The position numbers and the translations under genes are program-made. Of a DNA stretch of 64,000 nucleotides, positions 1 through 13,820 are shown piece after piece (the first letter of the stretch is position 1; every line of letters begins with the position of its first letter). Below the pieces are notes generated by a model. It had not been told where the DNA came from, searched no databases, and saw only the letters and a program-made list of their open reading frames with translations. The DNA is taken from assembly GCA_051362555.1 (NCBI GenBank), contig CM120648.1, forward strand, positions 349,721 through 413,720. The letters run 5' to 3'. Source of the stretch: Lingula anatina. Taxonomy: Eukaryota > Animalia > Brachiopoda.

Positions 1-664
1 CAGGTTGGCTTTGCTTATGATTTGAACGAACAATTTCATCCCGAAAGTGGTGATAATTATTATAACACTAGTTATGAGTCTCCCCTCTATTACCCAGCCA
101 CATGTACAGTACATTGTAGGTTAACATTATATGGACTACAGGACCAAACTGTACATAACGCGCCCACCGATCTAGAGTTTGCATTATATTTGGAACTTTA
201 CTGAAATAAGGATTTATTACAAAATCACACCTGAATAAAGTTTGCAAGTTCATACGTCCCTGATGCATCATCCATGTGTATAAACGTACAGAATATAAAA
301 TAAACGATAGAGCTGGTAATCCACCATAGGGAATAATAAACAGTGTGCCATGTGGAATTACGTTTTTGCAAATACGGCTACTGTGAATGGGATAATGTTT
401 GTGTGTAAAAAAAAAAAATGGCACTCTTCTCGTCTCAGTGGCTCTGTTACATTTCTATAGGGTTTGATTTTTAAGAAGGCGTAATGGAGGTTCATGTCAT
501 TTCTTTTCCCAAGGATATTTCATGTATCGGTGTTGTAAGGGAAACAATCCGTTTTTGTGTATCTGTATTAATCGATATCAAGGAAGCAATTTCAATAGAA
601 AAAAACTCCGCATTCGAAGGCACTTCCATCTATCAGCCCCTAGTCCAATATAAGGAATGTTTAC

Positions 665-667
<3 letters not shown>

Positions 668-695
<28 letters not shown>
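668..695. repeat. (GT)n microsatellite
   Basis: Direct reading. Confidence 0.95.
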
Positions 696-1261
696 TAGGA
701 GGCATTTGTCCCCCAAGTGACGTTAGAATATTTTAAAACATTTTTTGGGGGAGCTTTTTAAAATATCAGCCTTTCCCTTTCTCCAAGTCTATCAAAAGTA
801 TTTGCAGTCACCATCAAGATTAGTGTCACCCGTGGCACATAGAAACTGCTTGCACATGTCACTGTAGACCAGACTTCTCCAACCTCTCCTCTCCACCACC
901 ATGTCTCTTTGTCAACCTACGTCCCTGTACATGTATATGGAGTACAGATTGAGGTTAAAAGATCCCATTCTTTAAGATACCATCGGTCTGCGTAGGTCGA
1001 TCCAACTCTGCGGGGACTCTTGCTGAGTGCAATTGGCTTTCCAACGTACTCGTGTAATCATCAGATTTCTTCTATTGTACTTTTAAGTAAAAACGCCAAA
1101 AGCAGCCGTGTTAAACTGACTGCATTCAGCGAGAGTCCCTGTCGTGTCCACTCAAACAGCACCACTTAGCCTTATTGAGTAGTTTCCAAGAGGCACATTC
1201 TACTTAGAATACCCTGAAAAGAGATTTCAAATCGGAAAAAAAATGTTTTAAAGTATTTTGG

Positions 1262-1400
1262 TCACTATTTTTAACCTTTTAGCACTAATGTAGGTTGCCT
1301 AGTAACGGGTGAGAGTCCTATGAATATTTAAAGTGTATTGGAATAATTAGGGGATTGCTCTACATAGTTAAAGGGTATTTTACTTAACGGTTTTATCGCG
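1262..1400 (+). repeat. Old dispersed repeat, related inverted copy at ~47192-47350
   Basis: GTCACTATTTTTAACCTTTT...TTTATCGCG here versus CGCGATAAAG...AAAAAGTTAATAGTGAC at 47192-47350. Both ends match in reverse complement and the interior is diverged. Confidence 0.4.
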
Positions 1401-3870
1401 CAAATTGCACACTCCTTAACGTAGGGGAGTGCTTAATCAAAAGATATGTATTCAACCTATTCTCTTGGTGGTGCTTTCGTGTAATAAAATGGTGAACGAA
1501 ACAACGTATTCACATCTACCATAGGCATCAATGATTACACCCATTAAATAGAAATGCTACAAAGCACTTAAGTGGGGATTTTAATTACGTTTTGTGTCTT
1601 TGAATCCTTCATTGATGTACATCGTTAAGCAATGTCATTACATGGTGGTATGTTTTTAGGTGTCGGCATGGCGTGAAACCTCAATTGCATTTCCGATTAA
1701 TCCCAGTGCAAGGGTACAAGTTAGGTTTAGAGTCTATATTTTCTTTGACTGAAATAACCATCTCTCAGCAGAATCGATGGTAACATGTTTCATTGAAAGA
1801 ATCAATGATTACACTCGACTTCATTGATTACATCTTTTATGAAAAATTGTCATTACGCCCTTGGTGGTAATTTTTATTGCATTTCGTGTCTTTCAATTCT
1901 CCGTTAAGGCACATTGTTGAGAAATACCATAACATAATGGCATTGTAATGGCTGTCAGTAAGGTGAGAAACTACAATTGCAGCCACACTTATTCCGTTTT
2001 TGCACAGGAGTGAAATAGCCAAGTGGTGAAGGAACCATTGGATTGGTTATAAGTACAGCATGTAGTTTACTCCATTTACTTTTTTGTTTTATTCGGTAGA
2101 GTTGTCATTTGTTAATCTGGCCTCTGAGGCGACAGAATGTCAGATTAGTGCTTCTCACTGATAACACTGGCGCGTCACGTCTCAAAGCATTTTATTCATC
2201 TGTCCATGTTTATCTGCACTGCATTATTAGACGTTCGTCTTCAGGACCTCAGTAGATGCCTATAGCCCAGGGGCAAATTCAATCCAGCGTTTGACACAGA
2301 CTTTTCTTTTTACGTACGAAGCAGTTCAATTGGTCTTTAGGTCGTATGATTTTTTCTTCTTTTAACATTTTGCAAACCGATGCCATTTCTGTTCTATTAG
2401 GTTCGGATCTTAACTTTCTTTATGTGGTTGAAACTATAGCCTACGACATGCTGAGTAATTATTTCCTCTCGTGACATATATTGTACATTGGTCTTTTCCA
2501 GTACCACTTCGTGCTTAGTTTGTCCAAGATTGCCTATCAAAAAATAAATCAAATCAAAAATCATCTCAGTACCTCGTTTCTGCTCCTGAGCCCAAAGCAA
2601 TTAATATATAAATATATCTTTTGCATCTTAGATGGAAAGATACTGAATCAAGTGAGTACAAGTTTTACTAAATCCCTAAACGACGGCGATTCCATTACAC
2701 TTTGATGAAAATGGAATCAATTTTCTAATGTAACTATTACCAAAGGCTTTTATGGAGATGTGGTTCTGTGTAAGCTAGGGGGCCTGTGATGTTGATGTAT
2801 AGTTTTTTATCGGCAGTGAAATGGCCTTTTGTTGTTATCAGAATTGGACTTATTCTTAATGATTACATTGGTACACGTCATACCTTCATTATTTGCACTT
2901 AAGCTGATGGTGCTTTAACCAAGATCCCAAATGATGTGACTCTGAATCAAGTAAGAGAGAGATATTTCAATGATATTGATAATGTATCAAGCAGAGGTGG
3001 CGGGAAACATGACTAGAAGCCCTGAAACCTCACCTTTTGTCAACATTTTTAAGGATTTTGCACATCATACAGTCACTTAAATTCTGACACATTCAACAAA
3101 TAGCTCAGTTTAATACGTGCAAGCGGCACAATTCTGCCAGCTCAACAAACACAATCCGGTAGCTCACCAATTTGGTATTGTTCATTGCCCTTTGTCTCTT
3201 CGAGGACTTAAAGGACATCGTGCCTGTAGTCACCATGTTCATAGAAGCTTTTTTTGTGTCACTGATTGTTCCCATTCCGGCTTCACCGTTGATTTGTTAT
3301 GAACCAATACTGGATTGACTCAAATCGGCGCGATCCGATCGTGCTTGTCCATATAGGCATGTGGCTAATATACACGTATGTACGACTCCCAATGATTAGG
3401 ACAGAGCAGGTTTAATTGTCGCCATCTGTTGTTGTCTTAATTGGTGTTAAGTGGACATTATATCAATACAAAGGCGATATTATTGATGACCAGCCAGGTT
3501 TAGACGTTATGTCATTCGGAACTCGTGTACTCTCTCCCGAGGTTGACGTAGGGATACATTTCACTCATATGTAATAAAGATGTGAAGCTGCGATGTAACG
3601 AGTGATTTCCTTGGGTTGGTCAGGGTCAGTTCGACCTTAGTAGTGACGTGCACGTATTAATCAATTGATTGTACCTGTATATTTAAAGCACCTTTCGGGA
3701 AATCTTCCAAATTGTTCTTATAACTGAGTCGAAAAGAAGAAAAAATATCCCCACGCCAAATGGCAATGGGACTTAAGCCGAGTCAATTATAATCCGCTAA
3801 TCTTTTTCAATTATTTGCAATTTTTGGTCTTGGACCAATGGATTCTGAGAACCTGGTAGCCCATTGGACT

Positions 3871-3992
3871 AGTAGACTAAAACATTCTGGTACATGTACT
3901 TCCTAACGGTATTATTATAGATACTACTTATAGATACTATAGACCAGTAGACTAAAACATTCTGGTACATGTACTTCCTAACGGTATTATTA
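3871..3992. repeat. Exact 47-bp direct duplication
   Basis: AGTAGACTAAAACATTCTGGTACATGTACTTCCTAACGGTATTATTA at 3871-3917 and 3946-3992, separated by a TAGATACTA-repeat spacer. Confidence 0.9.
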
Positions 3993-4571
3993 GATTATTT
4001 TATCGCGATAGCTTGTTTGCCTTCAGGAACAGGGGACACAACAGGAGAATTCCTGTGACAGACAGAAAAATAGAAATTATTTAGTAAACTTATGATTCTT
4101 CTGGGTTTCCTACAGCATACAGAAACTTGCCTAGCATACGGGTATGATAAAAATTATACTCATGATGCATGTACGGTACCCGTGCAGTCAAATCAACCGT
4201 GAAGTTGGTCATGGTTTGACACAAGAGCCAGAAATCAACTTGATAAGCATGATAAATCAAAGTAGAATACCAACCGGGTTTCAATGAAATAACACTGTGG
4301 TACTAATTACACTTGATAATGATTTCCTGTTTGTTATATAATATAATAAAAAAAATGATACGCTAATTAGATCGCAAATACCCCCGGATTTCTAATAAGA
4401 TTGCCGTAAGCCGTGTTGTTGTTATGATCGATGCCGTGGTATTAATTTGAAATATGAAAAGGGAAATCGACTTGCCACTCAGGCAGCAGTTATTGTGTAA
4501 CGACTGAAGATAAAAGTCGTTTTAAGATTACCGTGGTAAACTGAAGTTAACAGAGAGGTCAGCTGACAATA

Positions 4572-4912
4572 GTGCGTCTGATTTGGTCTTTAAGTTCAAT
4601 TTCAGATCACAAATAATCTTACAGGGTCTTAAACCATAAGTGAGACCATTACTGGACTGACTTTTAATTATTTTGTGATGCAATTGTCTCCCCTCACGCA
4701 TTCTCCTATTGTAAGCAGAGGTGTCCTCTATTGTGAGGGGAGGTATCCCCCATTGTGAGGGGAGGAAATTGCTTGATCACTTAAATAGGTGTTAGATCAT
4801 TGTTGATCTTAAAAGCAGATTCAGTCCATTTTAAGACCACTGCTGTAATGATTAAGACAGTGCAAGATCATTTGTGATCTAAAATTGCACTTTACGACCA
4901 AATCAAGCGCAC
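4572..4912. mobile_element. MITE with long TIRs and TA target duplication (Tc1/mariner-type non-autonomous element)
   Basis: The left end GTGCGTCTGATTTGGTCTTTAAGTTCAATTTCAGATCACAAATAATCTT matches the reverse complement of the right end (GTGCGCTTGATTTGGTCGTAAAGTGCAATTTTAGATCACAAATGATCTT). It is flanked by TA on both sides and has a ~22-bp tandem unit (attgtgaggggagg core) in the centre. Confidence 0.75.
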
Positions 4913-7900
4913 TAGTCTGAGTGTCACCCTAGGGTTATATTGGTCAATTTGAGACTTTTATCACATAGTGAACTTTTACCACATGGTCATTTGGGAATGG
5001 AGCTCGCGTGTTTTTATCAGTTCACGTTTAGTTCCCCCGACCAGTTGATGCCAACACATTGTATTCACGATAAGATATTTGTTTCACTCATTAAATTCCT
5101 TCCTGCATGAAGGATGCAATGGTTTCCTGTCTTATAGCTTCATTTGGGTAGATCTAGTCAAATTTCAATTTAATGCGATCATTACACATCCAATGATGCA
5201 ACGAAATATCGGAATTTGTAATGGTAGAAGAAATCGGCCCACTTAAAAAATGAGATATGACAGCCATGCAGTTAAATAGTAAGACAAAGAGTATATCACA
5301 TCTACATATTTTTGCATTGCTTTTATTTGCACCAATTCTTGTAAAATAATTCCATGCATAAGTATGTATATTACCTATATTAATCGTAATCGGGTTAAAC
5401 AATTCCTTTTTTAACTCCCAGATGAGTGTAATACTTGGCATACTTGGCACATGATGAAATTTAATATCCCTCAGAGAATTACTATGTGTAATGGTTAAAT
5501 CAAAAGCCAATACAGATCTGTGTTTTGAGACCACCGAAAAGGAGTGTTTTGCATGACGCCTTACGATGTACTAACTGGTTTTTGCCCCGTCGACTGCTTG
5601 GTAAAAATACTCAATTTGAGCACGGCCCTTTGGTGATAATAAACGCATCTCCAAGCAGATGTTGTAGTTAATAGCAATATACAGTAATAACGTAGGTAAT
5701 TCTACACAACTGACCCATGTTATCTGGAGTAAGTTTACTGTTACTTTGCGGAAATATTTATATAAAGAGACCTACTAGACACTAACTGGTAATACATGTA
5801 TGTTTATAAACAGATCATACGGACTGTTTCATTTTGAAATGTCGAAATCCAAGTACTCTTCCGTAGTTCTGATTAAAAACAAACTCTGGTGCGAATTTCT
5901 TTCTTTGTGAAATCCATTGTCTTGATAATAAAAGTATTTCTATTTTTATTGTTTTTTTATCATATCATAGACTGTGTCATGCAGTTACTCTTTTTCGTCG
6001 GTGTTTTTTTTCTATCGATCTACTGATCAATATGTTTAATGATCAGCAGTCACAATGTCCCCCCACCCACACCCCCTGCGGCGATAACTAGTGGCTTGGA
6101 TTGACCCTCTCTGGCGTTTCAGTTCAATCTTATAATTTTGCATTCATGTTTGATTTCGGCGTTTGTTTGGAATTTACAGAAATGTCCTTATATCTAAGAT
6201 GGCTAACGTCTTCATTCTTTTCCAGTTTGCCAAATTCCATGCTTGTAGGTAAAAATAAACAATTAGTTTTAAACATAAGATTCCAAGCTTTACATGTACG
6301 TGATTTATACGCCCCTCGTCCAGGTTAAATCTTCCTGAATCATTGTTACTCGTCAACGCCACTGACAAAGTTTCCCCTTGCCTGTTCAACTGCTGACAAT
6401 CTGTTGATTGACGTTTAGAGACTGTTGTGTGAAAGTTAATGTGAATATACTAATATCATAAATGATCATGCACTGAAAAAAAAATTACCGGTTATCATGT
6501 TTTTAAATGATGATATATATGAAATTGCTTTCTTTGCTATTTTACGGGTCATTACGCAAGATATTACGACAGCAGGATGCTTTTGATGTGTCAATTACAA
6601 ATAATGACAATTAATTAACTGCTCTGAAGTGTATTGTTATGAAGTATTAATTATTCCGTTTATGATCGTCTTTCATGGTACTTTCTTTTCTTGGAAATAA
6701 TAGAAATAATGTGGCAGTTATATTATATTTATAAAGTAATGCTCCCACGGTCTTTGCATCGAATGCCTGTCGACATATATGATAATAGTAATTTTATTGG
6801 GTCTTTAGGCTAGCTCATTTTAACAGAGAAGCCACGCTCTTAAATTATGTATTGCAATTATATGAAGTTATAATGACAAAAGCTGTGGATTTTTTTATTA
6901 TATTATTACCTTTAGGTGTGGTACATATGCATAGAAACAAGTTTCACTTGAAGTATCAATTTATCCATCGTTAATTCATTTGTCTATTTAATATCATGAT
7001 ACACCTTTGCCAGCTTTTTGATATTTTTTGACAAGAGAAAAAACGAAATTAAATCGAGCATGGTGCCATTTATTTCGTTGACGTAACATGGGATCTCATG
7101 GGTATGTTTTCCCTTTCCTCTTCCGCATTTGATCTATGAATTGGCTGAAAAGGAACAGTATATATAAATATAATGAACTTCAATGGCTGAGCTGTCGAGA
7201 TGCAATCTAAACCAAATTATGTTTTCAATCACGACATCTCATAAAAAAAACACTCCACTACAAGAACCAGACGTGTGGTCCTGCTCTGGCAAATGATGTT
7301 CTTTCATCTCTTCTCAAGTCACACTTACCAGAGCCAGATTCATCTTCATTTACTACATACAGACTGTCAAAATGAGTAGTTTATCTCTGCGCGGCTTAAT
7401 TGAAATAAGATTATATTTCTCGCAAATCGAGATAAATTACTGCGCGGATCTTTTGTAAAAAATGAATTGGAATCGATCCTCTGTCCTTAGTGAGGGAAAA
7501 ACAGACGTGTTTCTGATAGACAGAGATCGTTATGGATAATATCTGTTCCAAAGTTAATAGATGTAGATCACTGTGGTCTAGCAAGCTCCTGTCCTAGCTA
7601 TTATCCACCCACAGTGAACTGATATTGGTAACGGCTGTTCCTCTGTCACCTCGGGTGACACTGGTTGATGCAGGTTTAAAGTAAGACAAATGAGCTGTAA
7701 GAATACCAATTTAATAATTCTGATACTGAATCCAGACCTCTGCCAGGACAAATAACTACCTAATAATCAACCATTAGTTGATTTAAAAATCATCGCGAAC
7801 ATCTTCAGTAGCCCTATTTAGACAGCCCATATCTGATCTACAGGTATTCTAAACATTCCATCAAAATTCATACATAACACTGTAAGTTAGGCTGGGAAAA

Positions 7901-10900
7901 ACAAAAGACAAATTATGGTGAAAACATAAACACTTTGGTAGAAGTAATGGTAGTAAAATGCATTTCATATCCCTGCTATACTTAATAACGTACATTGGCT
8001 AGATACAGGCACATATCTTGTTTTATTGATCATATAGTACCGTGTTAAGGTTCTGTTTACTTTTTAAAGGGAGTAAGTGTTTGAAGTTTGATCCCGTTTG
8101 CAGTTTCAAGTTTTAATTCTAGCACGTAATCCTTCAGCTTACTAGTAAATGTGCATGCAATTATTTTACACGTATATCTTAACATATTCGTTTAACTAAA
8201 ATGTTAAAGAAGGCTCGTAGCAATATCACTTGTTTATGAATGTTTCACATCTAATATATATATAAACTGAATTATTCTTATCTTTTGTTATGCGCCATAT
8301 CGTACCATTTACTTTACCTGATATGACTTTTCTTGTTTTAAAAATTTCAAAGGCTGGCCAGGTTTAGTGAATTTTCGGGAGATTTTTTACTTGAAAAAAG
8401 CATGTTTTGTTACCATGGAGCAATATCAGATCTATATGCACATGTATATACAAACCAAAGGCTACAATTTCAAAATTAGGAAACGATGGTACAGATCATT
8501 TTGGCCCCTGTTGCCGTTTCTGCCTAAGTAAAATAGATGGAGAAATGGAGGTTACGTCACCCTAGATAGAGGCTTCTATGAAGCCTTAAGCCTCATCTCC
8601 TAATGGAGGCATATTATGAAACACTGACACATTGTAGGAGTGGTAACTCGACTTTAATCTGTTGTTTGAAGACCTTATTATATACTTGCAAAAACGGCTT
8701 TTGCTTTGATCGAAATCTGCATTGATTCTATTCAGAGGGTTCGACAGAGGGGCAAACCTTGGCAACAAAACTGGAAAATTACCATTGCCTTGATGTGGTA
8801 CTCACAAACTGAACACTTATGAGTGATTGTTTTGACATAAAATCGTTACAGGCGCCACTGGACCAGTCAGACTGATTGCCAAATTTTGATACCCTGCTTA
8901 CTCAAATTTGACACAAATTGTGTGCGCCTACCCGTTGGGATACTAGCAGAGTTAAATGCTATTATGTCTATAGAACCCAATATGTCAATGTCATGTAGAA
9001 ATATAGTTCAGAGGGAGTCGATTAAATTCGATCAAGCAGCGTCTTTATAAACTTCCCGGAAACGATACAGTACAATGTTTTACAGAGTTACATCATTTTT
9101 GGGGTTTTACCGATTCCACTGTTCAAGTTGCCTGGATGAATGTCTGTGCTCCTCTTGGTGCTAGTGGTCCATTTCAGTATGCCAATTGATTAACTGTTCG
9201 CCCATCATTCGTATATAAGCTCTTGGAGTGATATTTGGAAGTCGACTCAATGTGGTTGCCTGGCTTTCCGACGTTAGCTGTCTAAGTCTAGGCCGATGGG
9301 TTTTGACTTGCTCTTTTGAAGCATATCGACTAATGGGGAACTTGTGAAGGGACAAAAATGTTGAGGTCCAAGCAAGCTTAAGAGATCAAGGTTTTTTATT
9401 TGAATTAACGCACACTATAATGTACCAATTTCTTCATTACCAAATTACTACATTAACCGCTCGAATGAATTGAAAACTCAGTATTGATAACACGACACCG
9501 TATCTGATATGGGAAACAAAATTTAGCAGATATTTCTGTGACCAACAGATATACATGTAATTTTAATCATGCACAAAGGCATCACATCAACTTGATTTCC
9601 AGTAGCTGCTGTTAACTTCATTTTTACTGAAACTATACCAAATACAGGCTAACACAACAACGCTGTCTGTTCCATATTCATTGCGTGCAAAACCAAAATT
9701 TTGATGGCAAGAAACAGTGCCTCAAATCGTGACTGTTTTCATCACATTATTAAGTATGATCCCTATTCGGTGGGCTTCAAAAACGACCTCGTATAATTGC
9801 AAGGTGCATGCGAACCATCGTTTAACATAACAGATAGAAGGATTCGCTAATGGTCAATCGAAACCGGAGAATAGACTAGCAAATTAATGTCTTATTTGTA
9901 ACTTTCTGTTAGTCATTATCTAGATTGGCTGAACTTAAAACGAACCTGTGTTTTGCAGTGAATTTAACAATTTCTAAAGCGATGAAATGAAATCGACAAA
10001 ACCCAACATGCAATGTTTGCACACCAAATGAACTAACTAAAATATTGCGAACACAGGAAGTTAAACGTGGAAGCTGTTTTCCATCCCAATTTTAGAAAGA
10101 AGAGTGAAAGCATTTCCCAGCCATGGTTTGACTCTTCTAGCGATTTTTTTTCACAGGTAATTTTTACTTGTGCGCGTTGTACCTTACAAGAGCGCCATCA
10201 AGCAATTGATGTCCAAAATTAGGTACAATTATTTTAATTAACACGGATCCTCTCAATTGAAATGCACACGCCGTTAAGGACGTGTACTTAGAGTGTTTTA
10301 GTGACATCGACTTGTTCGGCGCCAGTTCCTGTTATTTTATGTCTAAAAGTGTAATTTTTACATTAGGTGAATTAAGTATGCTCATTACCGAAATATGTTG
10401 GCAATTTATTTCATTATTATTATTATTACAATTAGTTGACCCGACAGTTGATGAAATTATGGTAGAATTGGAAATTAACATACAGTTTCATTGACCACAA
10501 TATGCCAAATTAAGGCACTGTGTTTCTAATAAAACCGCAATAATCATCTATAAAAGAGTATAAAAGAGATATCGACCACATTACGACTGGATGACTTAGT
10601 TAAGGCTTGTAAATCGCCATATCCATTATGATAACAGCTTTAAGTGAAGTAAATTGATAATACTGCATCTCACACTTCCTCATTCTGTGTTAAAGATTCA
10701 AAGCATTAGTGTAACACTCTGGAAAACCGTAAATTTATACGGCCCACTTGGCGCATTGTATTTTCCCGTCAGTCCATATTTTGTCGATTTTTTATACAGC
10801 TCGTTTCGGTTCAGTGGTTGTCTGGACGGTAGGGTGTGTCGAAACAGACTCAATAAATAGCCATAGTCTTCTATGATGCTATAGGCAGCAGAATATTCTG

Positions 10901-11847
10901 CCATACTCTGCCATACTCTGCCGGTGGTCTTGAATATGATCCTCCATTGTGAACCACGCAACTGTTTCTCTATTGCTTCTGATAGTCACCCAGTCTGCAC
11001 AGTAGTCATTATTGACTATATTTAGGGTAACAACCGCATGGATAATCCTAACCGTAACTTGGTTCAACTTGAGAATGTATCTTTTTAAAAACTACCCTTA
11101 ATTACCAAGGGCTCTACTTAACTGCAGCATTCAGTCACCGTGTGCTAGTTAAAATGTTCCCTTCCTGACATTGGTTAAAGAAAAACGCTGAGACAAAAAA
11201 GGTCGAGGTGACCGTTAAACTAATTTATCCCAGCACCTCATTGCTATAGCTAGTACGTACAAGTTTGCACTAACGTCCTGTCCGTTCAATTAAGTTCCAA
11301 TAGAAACATCTCACGTGTGGCCAGTCAACCCACCTGCTGTTCTCGCACCACCTTTATTTCTAATAGGCGTAAAGGTACAAGCAATGGAACAAATTCTGCC
11401 GTCAATTTGGAACACCCGCTGCCGACCCGGAATTCAATTAAGTTTACTTTCACATTCTTTTTAGCTTTAATTACACACTGGAAAGTACTTCCCTCAAGCG
11501 GCACATTAAGGCTGTTACCGGAGAAAAAGCAACCGCCACGTGCAATCTGTTATCAGCTAAACCACTCACACAGAGTAGAGTTCAGTTTTATTCAAAAACA
11601 TTTTGAAGTTTTTCCTGTCTCGACATCTGGAGTTACCAGGAAAGAGGTAACCGCGTGTAATGAGAGGTTGATTGCAACTTCCTTTAAATTGGTTGATTTA
11701 CTGGTGACCTGCTTCGGCAAAAAGCGTGCTTTCCGAGCGGCTTCCACGATGATTTTATAAAGAGCTACATTGTACATGAGAAACTAAACTAAATTAAATG
11801 AAACAAGTGAGCCGAAGTGAAAATTCCAACAAATCCACTCAGCCCCC

Positions 11848-11849
<2 letters not shown>

Positions 11850-11892
<43 letters not shown>
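11850..11892. repeat. (CT)n microsatellite
   Basis: Direct reading. Confidence 0.95.
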
Positions 11893-11895
<3 letters not shown>

Positions 11896-12741
11896 TACAC
11901 ATGTATGTTCATAGGGTAAAAAGTGTATGTGGAGGTAAAGAATTCCATTAATCATTTGAATAACTAATTAAGTACTAAGCATTATGAATACAGTAGTTTG
12001 TGTTGCTCACTTTTCATAGACATCCATTAACAAGGTTTACTAAAATCTATAAATGTGCACTAATTGGCGATACCTCTCATAAATAGCTAGGGTAATTGAT
12101 CATTGTAATGGACAGTTTGATTACATCATTCGTTTGTACAGGATAAGAAATGATTTAATTGTTTCGAACTAGGAGTATGACGTTCCCACAGTCATAAACT
12201 CAAAAGGCTCTCTATTATAATGAATGGATGTAATGTCATTATAGACATGCCCTACCACTGGTACATTTGTGAGGTAGTTTCAGTGGTGCTGTTCATGCAT
12301 TTGTCCCTTTTAAAGTGCATTGCCAAGTGCACGACATTCTGTCATCAAGTAGAGTAAAATAACGTTTTGACGATACACATTGGATTTGAAATGGTTTTGC
12401 GATAATCTGTGGTAGTTGAGTCGCTATCCTAGTTGACGTATCAGCTTTCAGCCCAACACAAGTGGGTTCTAGATGGGTTCCAATTGGTTAGTTTGGGTAA
12501 AGAGTAATTGGACCTATGTTGAACCCTTTGTTAACCATGTGGACCCTCATTAGTCCAGATAGCCCATACGGTACTTACTTGTGAAAACAATATCTGTTTT
12601 AGAGGACTCCCTCGGTATATACTGTGCTTGAAATAGATTACCCCCATGCCGATAACGCGAACAGACTATATTCCAGCTAGGATTCAAACTCTGAAAACTT
12701 AAATGCCCAAAAACGCAAATGCCATGTGATCACAGTTAATT

Positions 12742-12743
<2 letters not shown>

Positions 12744-12787
<44 letters not shown>
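12744..12787. repeat. (TC)n microsatellite
   Basis: Direct reading. Confidence 0.95.
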
Positions 12788-12790
<3 letters not shown>

Positions 12791-13577
12791 TGATTGAGAT
12801 GATTCCAGGCTGTGCAAAATTGGCCTATTTTACTTATGAGACAATTTACCTGCTAGCATTACAACTAAGGATTTTCTATTAATTGCGCAGCAAATCCCAG
12901 GTAAAATTATATGGAAAAACGACGCTCACGCCCTGACACTGGCTAAACGTGTAGCCTGGAAGGAGACGCAATGTCGAGTTACCAGTCAGTTTTCACTTGT
13001 CTCAATCGATGGTGATTCCTGTATAGTACATGTGTTCCTATAGATGAGGCCACTTTTCTCGATACTCTATCGGGTAATTTTTCTTCATTACATCCTGCAG
13101 GCTAATGTATCTGAAATCATCACCGTTTTGATTGGCGTCAAGTTGGTCAGGGGACAAATAGTTTTCCCAGCCAAATCACGGCAAAAGAACATTAAGGAAA
13201 AGCGCTCCTTTTTTATTAAAGAGTTTAATTTCCTAAGGAAAATCCATAACCAGGCTTATGAATCCTGAATGATCACCCCTCACGATATTTTAGTTTTTTT
13301 TTTCAGCAATTACTTTTTTCGCATGTGATGACATTATATGCGTTTAAGACTGCTTCGGGCGCACCTTCTGGAATAAATTGCTTAAAATGATCACTTTTCT
13401 TCATTATTTAATCATACTCTCTATTTGATGGTCGTTTTGGAAAATCGGGTTGATTGGATTGAATACCGGACGGGATGTTTTATTATCATTTATAAAAGAA
13501 GTCAATCCGGGGTCAAAAGCACATACGGGTACAGTGATGCAATGCTGTTTGAAGAGCATACTGACGAATAGCTGCTG

Positions 13578-13820
13578 CCCTTTGCAAAATGAAAAGTTTG
13601 CACAGAATTTGCTGAGACTGTATGCGTGTGCAAGAAAATAATTGCATTGCGGCAAATTTGCAGACATTTTGCAAGAACGTCTCAATTTGCGGCACATTTA
13701 CAAGAAATTCTTTATTTTCATATAAATTCAATGCAAATTTGCAAGGAGACCCTCCTCTGTATAAAAGTTTACACGAAAGTATTCATTTTCTTGCAAATTT
13801 GCAGAAAATTTTGTGACAGG
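13578..13820. mobile_element. Degenerate foldback/MITE built from GCAAATTTGC palindromes
   Basis: Three exact GCAAATTTGCA units plus degenerate variants. The ends CCCTTTGCAAAAT / ATTTTGTGACAGG are imperfectly inverted. Confidence 0.5.

Noticed and set aside
2111-2150. Small hairpin TAATCTGGC...GTCAGATTA as pre-miRNA
   Set aside because: The stem is about 14 bp, too short, and matches no miRNA I recognise.
12244-12305. Hairpin containing the let-7 seed TGAGGTAG
   Set aside because: The sequence after the seed (TTTCAGTGG) does not match let-7, the seed sits at the loop, and the stem is short and bulged.
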